Assembly (NCBI GenBank): GCA_964016885.1
Contig: OZ024743.1
Span: 299,398,001 to 299,462,000, forward strand
DNA length: 64,000 nucleotides
Origin: Eledone cirrhosa
Lineage: Eukaryota
Direction of reading: 5' to 3'
Part shown: positions 28,955-42,199 of the stretch, piece after piece
Numbering within the stretch: position 1 is the first letter of the stretch
Layout: each line of letters starts with the position of its first letter
Notes under the pieces: model-generated
Database searches by the model: none
The model's input: only the letters and a program-made list of their open reading frames with translations
Told to the model about the DNA's origin: nothing
Translations under genes and position numbers: made by a program

Positions 28955-29522
28955 CGTTTTCAATTATGCTAACAAGCCTCAGTTTTATGCCATGTCAGTA
29001 GAATGAACCCTTCTTTCTTGTTCTTGTGTTGGCATATGAAGAGAACTGCAGACACTAATGTGTCTGGGTATGATGCTTCATCAGTACAGCTCACTGTTCA
29101 CCTGCCAAACTGTCAGAGCTAGTGAAAATATATGCTATTTTCAAAAATCTACAGTGACTGATCGGCCTGATTTGCATATTAGCAGACTGGCTGATCAGTC
29201 AGATCTGCATATTAGAAGATCCACTGATCCACCAGATTTGCATATTAGCAGACGAGCCAGTCAGTTTCCTGTATACGAGCGATAAATGGCCGGCTTTGCC
29301 AAATTCAAATAAAAATGAAAATGTTCGCTCTACATGGCTGAATACAATAAATGTCATCTGAGTTTTTCGAATATTAACAATAACATTCGATTCGCTTGCA
29401 ATTATGCAAACAGGCATCAATTTTATAGCCATGTCAGTAGAATGAACCCTTCATTCTTCTCTTGTGTTGGCATGTGAAGGGAACTGCAGACACTAATGTT
29501 TCTGGGTATCACCCTTCATCAG
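28955..29522 (-). mobile_element. Family B hammerhead repeat, about 1.3 tandem units (period 438)
   Basis: HHR motifs at 29043-29092 (decayed) and 29481-29522 (truncated exactly at CTGATGA). Confidence 0.8.
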
Positions 29523-29549
29523 AATATATACATACCCACATACACACAG

Positions 29550-29582
<33 letters not shown>

Positions 29583-29627
29583 CAGACACATTCATATATA
29601 TATATGTACACACACGTAAAAATACTC

Positions 29628-30313
<686 letters not shown>

Positions 30314-30333
30314 ATATATATATATCAACGGCC

Positions 30334-30383
<50 letters not shown>

Positions 30384-30607
30384 TTCATACAAACAATCAT
30401 ACATATATACGCGTGCGCACAATGTCAACATATACACAACCCGTACATACACATAAATGTATACATGTATACATACATATACTAATACACACACATACAT
30501 ACACACACAAACACACGCAGACACACACACACACATATATATATACATATATACATATATATATATATACACATACATGTACATACACATATATATACAC
30601 ACACACG

Positions 30608-30693
<86 letters not shown>

Positions 30694-30750
30694 TATATAA
30701 ATCAAGAAAGAATGGTGACATGGTTTGCTATACAATAAGTGCTTTATTCA

Positions 30751-30863
30751 CATTGCTGACAATTGTTTCTCTGAACTGGTAGGTCTAGAGATTGCTACCC
30801 ACCTGTTTTTGCGTCAATTGATCACCAATACTTTGTTATAACCAGTATATTCATCAGAGCATG
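30751..30863 (-). ncRNA. Hammerhead-like motif with an 81-nt stem II region
   Basis: Minus strand: CATGCT-CTGATGA-[atatACTGGT...ACCAGTtcaga]-GAAA-CAATTGTC-AGCAATG. Confidence 0.6.
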
Positions 30864-31428
30864 CGAGAATGAAGGATATACACATGCATGGCTTCTATAT
30901 ATATTAGTGACATTAAATCAGAACAATAATAACAATACTCAAATAAATTAGCTAGATAGTTAATAGTTAAAACAATCACAACATCAATCTAAGTAAGAAA
31001 TAGAGTATACTGATGACTTTAGCATGTAAAACGAACTGATAAGAAACAGATATATGAAATTGACATGTGAAAGCTGTCATGGGGTACATTATATATATAG
31101 TGTAGAGATAACCTGGGGCTTGAAACAATGGACCATTTACTTTACTGTAGGTTTGCTGACCGTAAGATTTATTTATTATCAGACAGATAAAATATTTTCA
31201 TTGTAGTGACGATGGTAATTATGATGTGTTGTAAAGTGGATTCATTATTTAAGTGGTATATATTAGATGTAGGGATTGTTAGTTCGAATCATGGGGGTCG
31301 TTTAGCTTTCACATCATCAATAACAAATCATGCATGAATAAGACAACAATAACAACAATATAGGCAATAAGGTAATACAGAGGTTAAGAAAGCAAGGTAT
31401 ATATAGAGAGAACATGATGAATACTATT

Positions 31429-31439
<11 letters not shown>

Positions 31440-31459
<20 letters not shown>

Positions 31460-31701
31460 GTAATAATAATAAAATTGAAGACTAAAATCCAAAGAGGGCT
31501 CGATAAGGAACATATATATCAAATATATAAGAACATGTAGAGCAAATATTTATTAAAATAACAGATTAAACTTTAATCTGTTATTTTAATAAATATATAT
31601 GTATATATATATATATATATATTTCGTTTCTGAATATGTTTAGCAAGATTCTTTATCTGAAATCGTGTGTTGAAATTGGCAACATGACCCTCCCAAAGTA
31701 T

Positions 31702-31741
<40 letters not shown>

Positions 31742-31792
31742 ATAATAATAAAATTGTGTGTTGAAATTGGCAACATGACCCTCCCAAAGTAT

Positions 31793-31836
<44 letters not shown>

Positions 31837-31970
31837 ATAATAATAAAATTGAAGACTAAAATCCAAAGAGGGCTCGATAAGGAAAATATATATCAAATAT
31901 ATAAGAACCGTAGAGCAAATATTTATTAAAATAACAGATTCAAGTTTAATCTGTTATTTTAATAAATATA
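31440..31970. repeat. Scrambled PLE 3'-terminal fragments in (TA)n with two copies of a 46-bp hairpin
   Basis: 31458-31595 is repeated at about 31832-31967. ATGACCCTCCCAAAGTATAACAATA (twice) and AAATCGTGTGTTGAAA resemble the 3' end of the element at 13900-13945. Confidence 0.65.
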
Positions 31971-32134
31971 TATATATATATATATACACACGCACATATA
32001 TATATATAACAATCTCATTTATACACACATACACACATACATATATTCGCATGCATATATATAGACACAAATGTGGACGCTAGCATGAGTAAGGATATAC
32101 ACAGATCTACGCGCAAAACAATAAAAGATATATC

Positions 32135-33065
32135 GTGACCATCTCCACGGAAAGTTTTCATGAAATAGTCTTTTAAGACTATACAGAGCATTTGATGTTA
32201 TTCCAAATTGAAGGATAAGTGTTTTAAACTTTATGTTATCATGAGTTAAAGGTCTATTGATTTTTCCATGGATTTCACTAAATTCTGTGGATGAATTTGT
32301 ATCCTGATTCTCTTTTGAGATGAGTTTGAATTATTTTTCCTAAATCTTACGTTAACTACTTTTCCCATCTTGACGTTATAGTCACATATATGTTATAGAA
32401 TACTATTAGCTTCTCGCTAAAACAATCTCTATACCTCTCATTTATACTTATACTCGGATTCTTTTCCTAGAGTGCTTAAACTATCTGTGACTAATCCCGG
32501 TTTTTTTAATAAAATCTGTGATAATTATTGCTATTTGCTGAACTCCTTTTGTAGAGTTTTTTTCAGAATGTATTTGACTGCTATTTCTTGTAAATAAACA
32601 TTCACTTTCATCCTGACGTCACTAGCCCCGTTTTTCATCATGTGCGTTTCCATAATCACGCATGATGGCGAACTAGCCAGTTTTAGAATTCCCTTTGCGG
32701 ATTATAATACTGTGGTAGCCCTGGTTTCTGTTGAGCTCTGCTGACGATTAAAATCCAACCGTGACCATCTCCACTGAAAGTTTTCATGAAACAGTCTTTT
32801 AAGACTATACAGAGCATTTGATGTTATTCCAAATTGAAGGATAAGTGTTTTAAACTTTATGTTATCATGAGTTAAAGGTCTATTGATTTTTCCATGGATT
32901 TCACTAAATTCTGTGGATGAATTTGTATCCTGATTCTCTTTTGAGATGAGTTTGAATTATTTTTCATAAATCTTACGTTAACTACTTTTCCGATCTTGAC
33001 GTTATAGTCACATATATGTTATAGAATACTATTAGCTTCTCGCTAAAACAATCTCTATACCTCTC

Positions 33066-33070
<5 letters not shown>
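32135..33070. repeat. Partial tandem repeat: about 310-bp direct repeats at period about 626
   Basis: 32135-32443 is almost identical to 32760-33069; ends in (TA)n. Unrelated to the family A unit. Confidence 0.85.
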
Positions 33071-33118
<48 letters not shown>

Positions 33119-33711
33119 CACACATACGTGCGCCCACATACAACCGTATGCATGTTTACTATTTTCATGTCAAGTTTGCAATTTTCATGAAAATTGCAAT
33201 CTTGGCTGTTTACCACTGAATATGAACCTGAAGATTGCGAAAGCATGAAAGTACTTGTTCAATTAACATTTAACATCTAATATTCTACCATACTATTTCA
33301 TTATAATATCATTATAATTTTAAAGGATTGTAAATAAAACGAGTAAATCAGACAAAGTTGGAATTCCTTTTTTGAATATAATCTTCTATACACAATCATA
33401 CACACCCTTGTATATATATTTATAGATCTATATCTATATATATCAAAGGTATATATTGAGTTAAGAAAAGAAAATAGTCTCTTACAATAAAATTTCGGTT
33501 TGTATTTATTTTCTTAATTTTTTCTTAAGTTGAGAGATACAGAGAGAGGGGAAGCAGTAAGAAAGAAACAGACAATCGCAGCCGAGGAAAAAATATAAAT
33601 ATAAGAAAAATGGAGTGCTGCGTTGTTGCACATGGGTTACAAATGATAAAAGTAGTCCTTCATCAGTGATCTTCGAACTTTCATTGTTATTTCATCGCTT
33701 ATGTATATCTA

Positions 33712-33756
<45 letters not shown>

Positions 33757-33896
33757 TTTTGTCTCTATATGAATATATTTATAATTATGTATGTTTATTA
33801 TTATAATTTTGTATGTACATATATATGTGTGGGTGTGTTTATGTATATATATATACGAGTATTTTTACGTGTGTGTACATATATATATATAGATAT

Positions 33897-36800
33897 ATTG
33901 GAATAAATGCTCTGAAATAGCGATATATATGTGAATATAGACATAGAATATTCGAAAATATTCTGTATGTTTATAATAAACATTTTGAAGACCTAATCGC
34001 TATAGAATAGAATACGTCACGTATTACAATTAGATTCTCGATAAAAGCAAGGGAAGTAATCTACGCGTTTCATTCTTGTTAGAAATCATCAGGACTACAT
34101 ATCCAGTGCTTTTATCGAGAATGACACAGCTAGAGACTTATAGAATACTTAGCTGTGTACAGGAACTGGTTTGAAAGAGCGGTTGCCGGTCCGGCAGAAA
34201 TTAGAAATTGGAATAAATGCTCTGAAATAGCGATATATATGTGAATATAGACATAGAATATTCGAAAATATTCTGTATGTTTATAATAAACATTTTGAAG
34301 ACCTAATCGCTATAGAATAGAATACGTCACGTATTACAATTAGATTCTCGATAAAAGCAAGGGAAGTAATCTACGCGTTTCATTCTTGTTAGAAATCATC
34401 AGGACTACATATCCAGTGCTTTTATCGAGAATGACACAGCTAGAGACTTATAGAATACTTAGCTGTGTACAGGAACTGGTTTGAAAGAGCGGTTGCCGGT
34501 CCGGCAGAAATTAGAAATTGGAATAAATGCTCTGAAATAGCGATATATATGTGAATATAGACATAGAATATTCGAAAATATTCTGTATGTTTATAATAAA
34601 CATTTTGAAGACCTAATCGCTATAGAATAGAATACGTCACGTATTACAATTAGATTCTCGATAAAAGCAAGGGAAGTAATCTACGCGTTTCATTCTTGTT
34701 AGAAATCATCAGGACTACATATCCAGTGCTTTTATCGAGAATGACACAGCTAGAGACTTATAGAATACTTAGCTGTGTACAGGAACTGGTTTGAAAGAGC
34801 GGTTGCCGGTCCGGCAGAAATTAGAAATTGGAATAAATGCTCTGAAATAGCGATATATATGTGAATATAGACATAGAATATTCGAAAATATTCTGTATGT
34901 TTATAATAAACATTTTGAAGACCTAATCGCTATAGAATAGAATACGTCACGTATTACAATTAGATTCTCGATAAAAGCAAGGGAAGTAATCTACGCGTTT
35001 CATTCTTGTTAGAAATCATCAGGACTACATATCCAGTGCTTTTATCGAGAATGACACAGCTAGAGACTTATAGAATACTTAGCTGTGTACAGGAACTGGT
35101 TTGAAAGAGCGGTTGCCGGTCCGGCAGAAATTAGAAATTGGAATAAATGCTCTGAAATAGCGATATATATGTGAATATAGACATAGAATATTCGAAAATA
35201 TTCTGTATGTTTATAATAAACATTTTGAAGACCTAATCGCTATAGAATAGAATACGTCACGTATTACAATTAGATTCTCGATAAAAGCAAGGGAAGTAAT
35301 CTACGCGTTTCATTCTTGTTAGAAATCATCAGGACTACATATCCAGTGCTTTTATCGAGAATGACACAGCTAGAGACTTATAGAATACTTAGCTGTGTAC
35401 AGGAACTGGTTTGAAAGAGCGGTTGCCGGTCCGGCAGAAATTAGAAATTGGAATAAATGCTCTGAAATAGCGATATATATGTGAATATAGACATAGAATA
35501 TTCGAAAATATTCTGTATGTTTATAATAAACATTTTGAAGACCTAATCGCTATAGAATAGAATACGTCACGTATTACAATTAGATTCTCGATAAAAGCAA
35601 GGGAAGTAATCTACGCGTTTCATTCTTGTTAGAAATCATCAGGACTACATATCCAGTGCTTTTATCGAGAATGACACAGCTAGAGACTTATAGAATACTT
35701 AGCTGTGTACAGGAACTGGTTTGAAAGAGCGGTTGCCGGTCCGGCAGAAATTAGAAATTGGAATAAATGCTCTGAAATAGCGATATATATGTGAATATAG
35801 ACATAGAATATTCGAAAATATTCTGTATGTTTATAATAAACATTTTGAAGACCTAATCGCTATAGAATAGAATACGTCACGTATTACAATTAGATTCTCG
35901 ATAAAAGCAAGGGAAGTAATCTACGCGTTTCATTCTTGTTAGAAATCATCAGGACTACATATCCAGTGCTTTTATCGAGAATGACACAGCTAGAGACTTA
36001 TAGAATACTTAGCTGTGTACAGGAACTGGTTTGTAGTCCTGATGATTTCTAACAAGAATGAAACGCGTAGATTACTTCCCTTGCTTTTATCGAGAATCTA
36101 ATTGTAATACGTGACGTATTCTATTCTATAGCGATTAGGTCTTCAAAATGTTTATTATAAACATACAGAATATTTTCGAATATTCTATGTCTATATTCAC
36201 ATATATATCGCTATTTCAGAGCATTTATTCCAATTTCTAATTTCTGCCGGACCGGCAACCGCTCTTTCAAACCAGTTCCTGTACACAGCTAAGTATTCTA
36301 TAAGTCTCTAGCTGTGTCATTCTCGATAAAAGCACTGGATATGTAGTCCTGATGATTTCTAACAAGAATGAAACGCGTAGATTACTTCCCTTGCTTTTAT
36401 CGAGAATCTAATTGTAATACGTGACGTATTCTATTCTATAGCGATTAGGTCTTCAAAATGTTTATTATAAACATACAGAATATTTTCGAATATTCTATGT
36501 CTATATTCACATATATATCGCTATTTCAGAGCATTTATTCCAATTTCTAATTTCTGCCGGACCGGCAACCGCTCTTTCAAACCAGTTCCTGTACACAGCT
36601 AAGTATTCTATAAGTCTCTAGCTGTGTCATTCTCGATAAAAGCACTGGATATGTAGTCCTGATGATTTCTAACAAGAATGAAACGCGTAGATTACTTCCC
36701 TTGCTTTTATCGAGAATCTAATTGTAATACGTGACGTATTCTATTCTATAGCGATTAGGTCTTCAAAATGTTTATTATAAACATACAGAATATTTTCGAA

Positions 36801-39610
36801 TATTCTATGTCTATATTCACATATATATCGCTATTTCAGAGCATTTATTCCAATTTCTAATTTCTGCCGGACCGGCAACCGCTCTTTCAAACCAGTTCCT
36901 GTACACAGCTAAGTATTCTATAAGTCTCTAGCTGTGTCATTCTCGATAAAAGCACTGGATATGTAGTCCTGATGATTTCTAACAAGAATGAAACGCGTAG
37001 ATTACTTCCCTTGCTTTTATCGAGAATCTAATTGTAATACGTGACGTATTCTATTCTATAGCGATTAGGTCTTCAAAATGTTTATTATAAACATACAGAA
37101 TATTTTCGAATATTCTATGTCTATATTCACATATATATCGCTATTTCAGAGCATTTATTCCAATTTCTAATTTCTGCCGGACCGGCAACCGCTCTTTCAA
37201 ACCAGTTCCTGTACACAGCTAAGTATTCTATAAGTCTCTAGCTGTGTCATTCTCGATAAAAGCACTGGATATGTAGTCCTGATGATTTCTAACAAGAATG
37301 AAACGCGTAGATTACTTCCCTTGCTTTTATCGAGAATCTAATTGTAATACGTGACGTATTCTATTCTATAGCGATTAGGTCTTCAAAATGTTTATTATAA
37401 ACATACAGAATATTTTCGAATATTCTATGTCTATATTCACATATATATCGCTATTTCAGAGCATTTATTCCAATTTCTAATTTCTGCCGGACCGGCAACC
37501 GCTCTTTCAAACCAGTTCCTGTACACAGCTAAGTATTCTATAAGTCTCTAGCTGTGTCATTCTCGATAAAAGCACTGGATATGTAGTCCTGATGATTTCT
37601 AACAAGAATGAAACGCGTAGATTACTTCCCTTGCTTTTATCGAGAATCTAATTGTAATACGTGACGTATTCTATTCTATAGCGATTAGGTCTTCAAAATG
37701 TTTATTATAAACATACAGAATATTTTCGAATATTCTATGTCTATATTCACATATATATCGCTATTTCAGAGCATTTATTCCAATTTCTAATTTCTGCCGG
37801 ACCGGCAACCGCTCTTTCAAACCAGTTCCTGTACACAGCTAAGTATTCTATAAGTCTCTAGCTGTGTCATTCTCGATAAAAGCACTGGATATGTAGTCCT
37901 GATGATTTCTAACAAGAATGAAACGCGTAGATTACTTCCCTTGCTTTTATCGAGAATCTAATTGTAATACGTGACGTATTCTATTCTATAGCGATTAGGT
38001 CTTCAAAATGTTTATTATAAACATACAGAATATTTTCGAATATTCTATGTCTATATTCACATATATATCGCTATTTCAGAGCATTTATTCCAATTTCTAA
38101 TTTCTGCCGGACCGGCAACCGCTCTTTCAAACCAGTTCCTGTACACAGCTAAGTATTCTATAAGTCTCTAGCTGTGTCATTCTCGATAAAAGCACTGGAT
38201 ATGTAGTCCTGATGATTTCTAACAAGAATGAAACGCGTAGATTACTTCCCTTGCTTTTATCGAGAATCTAATTGTAATACGTGACGTATTCTATTCTATA
38301 GCGATTAGGTCTTCAAAATGTTTATTATAAACATACAGAATATTTTCGAATATTCTATGTCTATATTCACATATATATCGCTATTTCAGAGCATTTATTC
38401 CAATTTCTAATTTCTGCCGGACCGGCAACCGCTCTTTCAAACCAGTTCCTGTACACAGCTAAGTATTCTATAAGTCTCTAGCTGTGTCATTCTCGATAAA
38501 AGCACTGGATATGTAGTCCTGATGATTTCTAACAAGAATGAAACGCGTAGATTACTTCCCTTGCTTTTATCGAGAATCTAATTGTAATACGTGACGTATT
38601 CTATTCTATAGCGATTAGGTCTTCAAAATGTTTATTATAAACATACAGAATATTTTCGAATATTCTATGTCTATATTCACATATATATCGCTATTTCAGA
38701 GCATTTATTCCAATTTCTAATTTCTGCCGGACCGGCAACCGCTCTTTCAAACCAGTTCCTGTACACAGCTAAGTATTCTATAAGTCTCTAGCTGTGTCAT
38801 TCTCGATAAAAGCACTGGATATGTAGTCCTGATGATTTCTAACAAGAATGAAACGCGTAGATTACTTCCCTTGCTTTTATCGAGAATCTAATTGTAATAC
38901 GTGACGTATTCTATTCTATACCGATTAGGTCTTCAAAATGTTTATTATAAACATACAGAATATTTTCGAATATTCTATGTCTATATTCACATATATATCG
39001 CTATTTCAGAGCATTTATTCCAATTTCTAATTTCTGCCGGACCGGCAACCGCTCTTTCAAACCAGTTCCTGTACACAGCTAAGTATTCTATAAGTCTCTA
39101 GCTGTGTCATTCTCGATAAAAGCACTGGATATGTAGTCCTGATGATTTCTAACAAGAATGAAACGCGTAGATTACTTCCCTTGCTTTTATCGAGAATCTA
39201 ATTGTAATACGTGACGTATTCTATTCTATAGCGATTAGGTCTTCAAAATGTTTATTATAAACATACAGAATATTTTCGAATATTCTATGTCTATATTCAC
39301 ATATATATCGCTATTTCAGAGCATTTATTCCAATTTCTAATTTCTGCCGGACCGGCAACCGCTCTTTCAAACCAGTTCCTGTACACAGCTAAGTATTCTA
39401 TAAGTCTCTAGCTGTGTCATTCTCGATAAAAGCACTGGATATGTAGTCCTGATGATTTCTAACAAGAATGAAACGCGTAGATTACTTCCCTTGCTTTTAT
39501 CGAGAATCTAATTGTAATACGTGACGTATTCTATTCTATAGCGATTAGGTCTTCAAAATGTTTATTATAAACATACAGAATATTTTCGAATATTCTATGT
39601 CTATATTCAT
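33897..39610. repeat. Palindromic tandem array of the 310-bp hammerhead unit (retrozyme-like family A): about 6.9 units on -, 11.5 units on +
   Basis: Exact period 310. Orientation switches at 36032-36033 (GGAACTGGTT-TG-TAGTCCTGATGA). 7 HHR cores on - and 12 on + (36039, 36349 ... 39449). I noticed only one variant base (38921). Confidence 0.97.
36033..36075 (+). ncRNA. Type I hammerhead ribozyme, family A (first of 12 plus-strand copies, every 310 bp)
   Basis: GTAGTC-CTGATGA-tTTCTaacaAGAAt-GAAA-CGCGTA-GATTAC. In full units stem I is extended by ATTCTCGATAAAAGCA/TGCTTTTATCGAGAAT (16 bp perfect). Confidence 0.87.
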
Positions 39611-39697
39611 ATACATATATATATATACACATACATATATATATATATATGTGTCTGTCTATCTCTCTCTCTCTATATATATGTGTATGTCGGTATG

Positions 39698-39733
<36 letters not shown>

Positions 39734-39762
39734 CATATATATATATATATAAAAAAAAAAAA

Positions 39763-40158
39763 TTTCGCTCTACATGGCGAATACAATAAATGTAATCTGA
39801 GTGTTTCGAATATTAATAATAACATTCGATTCGTTTGCAATTATGCAAACACACCTCAATTTTATAGCCAGTCTGCTGATATGCAAATCTGGCTGGGCAG
39901 TGGATCTGCTAACATGCAGATCTGACTGGTCAGCCAGTCTGGTAATATGCAAATCAGGCCGATCAGTCACTGTGTATTTTTGAAAATAGCATATATTTTC
40001 AATAGCTCTGACAGTTTGGAAGGTGAAGAGTGAGCTGTACTGATGAAGGGTGATACCCAGAAACATTAGTGTCTACAGTTCTGTTCGCATGCCATCATAA
40101 GAGCAAAAATGAAGTGATCATTCTACTGACATGGCTATAAAATTGAGGCTTGTTAGCA
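39763..40158. mobile_element. Family B hammerhead repeat with short 5' inversion
   Basis: About 39763-39868 is in opposite orientation to 39866-40158. Best-preserved family B HHR at 40032-40081: GAGCTGTA-CTGATGA-aGGGTgatACCCa-GAAA-CATtaGTGTC-TACAGTTC. Confidence 0.8.
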
Positions 40159-40405
40159 TATATATATATATATATATATATATACAAATATAAATTCCGC
40201 GAGAATCGCATTTCAGGGGGTAGAAAAAGCGAAACGTAACGTAAATTCCGACTCATGTTGGCAAGCGCTCCATGGGCTACAACGGGCCAGAGCAATAAAC
40301 ACAGGTTATAAAGGCCATACAAACTGAGATGGCGGTTAAGAAGCCATTGACCACCTAAGCCAAAAACAAGTGAAGCTAAACAGGTAAGACAAAATAAATG
40401 ACATA

Positions 40406-40448
<43 letters not shown>

Positions 40449-41138
40449 CAAACCTGGACCCTTCGAATTGAGTGTAAAATCCATATATATATATATATCA
40501 AAAGATTTTTCCTGAGTTCAGTCTTTTTCGTCGCTATGGTCACCGCGGCCCTTATATCGGTCGCTGTCTTCAATTTGCAAAACTGTCTAAACGTAATGTT
40601 ATATATAACTCTAGGGTTACATACCCTCTCAAGTGCTTAGCTGCACACCGAAACTGCGTTCGTTAGCTTGGCTGCTGCAAACATGGCTTCGCTGATACTA
40701 AATTTTGTATATATATATATATATTTATTATTTTTATTTTCCCCTTTTCATTTTCAACCCGTACATTTCTGTCTTTTTTTTTTTCATTTTTTAAATTGTT
40801 TTTATTTATTTCCATATCTGTTCTCGCTACTTTCGCAGTTAGATTTTATGCATGTGTGTGTGACGTGTTTTGTATATGAATTTATGTACGTATGTGGTTT
40901 CATGCCTATACGTGTGTGTGCGTATATGTAGCCGTATGCATGTTTGTATGTCTGTGTGTATATATATATATATATATCTTTACGATTACGTTGTGTGCAC
41001 ACATAAGTGTAAGCGTGCGCATGTGTGTGAGCATATGTATGTCTGTGTATACGTACGTGTATAGGCAGATGTCTGTATGTATGTATGTATACACATGTTT
41101 GTATGTGTTTGTGTGGATATATATATATATATATATAT

Positions 41139-41337
41139 AACGAAGGAAATGTGGTAAGGAACCAGGTGGACCATAACGCACCAAAGTACTCAATACTTGA
41201 GGTAGTAGAGTGGGTAATAGGAACCAGTAAGACCCCGACAGCTGAGCTCAAGCCGTTTCGACGGCTAATTCTGGACTCCAGAGTCCAGAATTAGCCGTCG
41301 AAACGGCTTGAGCTCAGCTGTCGGGGTCTTACTGGTT

Positions 41338-41342
<5 letters not shown>
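41139..41342. mobile_element. Short fold-back element with a perfect 62-bp-arm hairpin containing the 3' half of a hammerhead
   Basis: Arms 41217-41278 and 41281-41342, 2-nt loop; each reads ..GCCGTC-GAAA-CGGCTtgagctcAGCTG-TC-GGGGT. Confidence 0.8.
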
Positions 41343-41374
<32 letters not shown>

Positions 41375-41908
41375 GTATATATATGTGTGTCTATGTGTAT
41401 ATATATATATATATATTTATATGTGTATGTATTGAGAGATGTGCGTATGTATATTTATACGTTAATATTGAATACGTGTATGTGATTGTGTGCCTGTGTG
41501 TGCGCATATGTGAGCGAAAGATCGCATGTGTGTATTTGTATTCCCATGTAGACGCACATATACTTATGAGTGAATGTATACATTTACGTACTATTACGTA
41601 TATGCATGAGTTTGTGTATGTTTATGTATTTGGATATTTACATATTTTTTCCCCTAAATTTATGCCCGTTATGTTATTTCAGCCTCACTTTCATTTATCC
41701 TAAACTCTTTTTTCAAATCCATATCCTTATTCCATAATAAATTTATTCTGATGAATGAAGACAGACATAATTGTCAAGCTCTTCAAGCAACCATCGATAA
41801 ATGTATGAATTATATTATGATGTTTATTACATAACTGTAATATACATATATATATATTGATACGCAGTTAGACACGCATTTAGACTATAGGAAATCAGCG
41901 GAGTACGT

Positions 41909-41950
41909 GGCTCTGATGAACGCCAACCAGAGTGAAACAGACTGTCAGCT
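41909..41950 (+). ncRNA. Solitary type I hammerhead
   Basis: GGCT-CTGATGA-ACgccaaccagaGT-GAAA-CAGaCTGTC-AGCT with outer GGAG/CTCC pairing; GUC site at 41946; stem II is weak. Confidence 0.7.
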
Positions 41951-42199
41951 TATCTCCCTTCTTTCGCCGAAAGGATGTAAGTGACATACTCACTACTTTA
42001 AAACTAATAGCGTATGGTCTTCTAAATGTTTTTATTTAAACATACGGTATATTGCCAAATATACTATACATACATTCATATATATATATATATATGAATT
42101 ATTCTCTCCCATCAATGAGTCAATGAGATGCAATGTTATTTGATATTCATTATTCTTTTTCAAAATAATTCTTATTTCTGGTAAACTGGTGGTGTTTTG

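Noticed and set aside
31010-31050. CTGATGA as a hammerhead core
   Set aside because: Followed by GAAC rather than GAAA and no convincing stems I and III.
33897-39610. CRISPR array or rDNA/5S/spliced-leader repeat
   Set aside because: No variable spacers or cas genes, eukaryotic context, and no recognisable rRNA or snRNA sequence; the unit is explained by the hammerhead.
41747-41790. CTGATGA followed by a hairpin
   Set aside because: No GAAA or NUH site in the right place.
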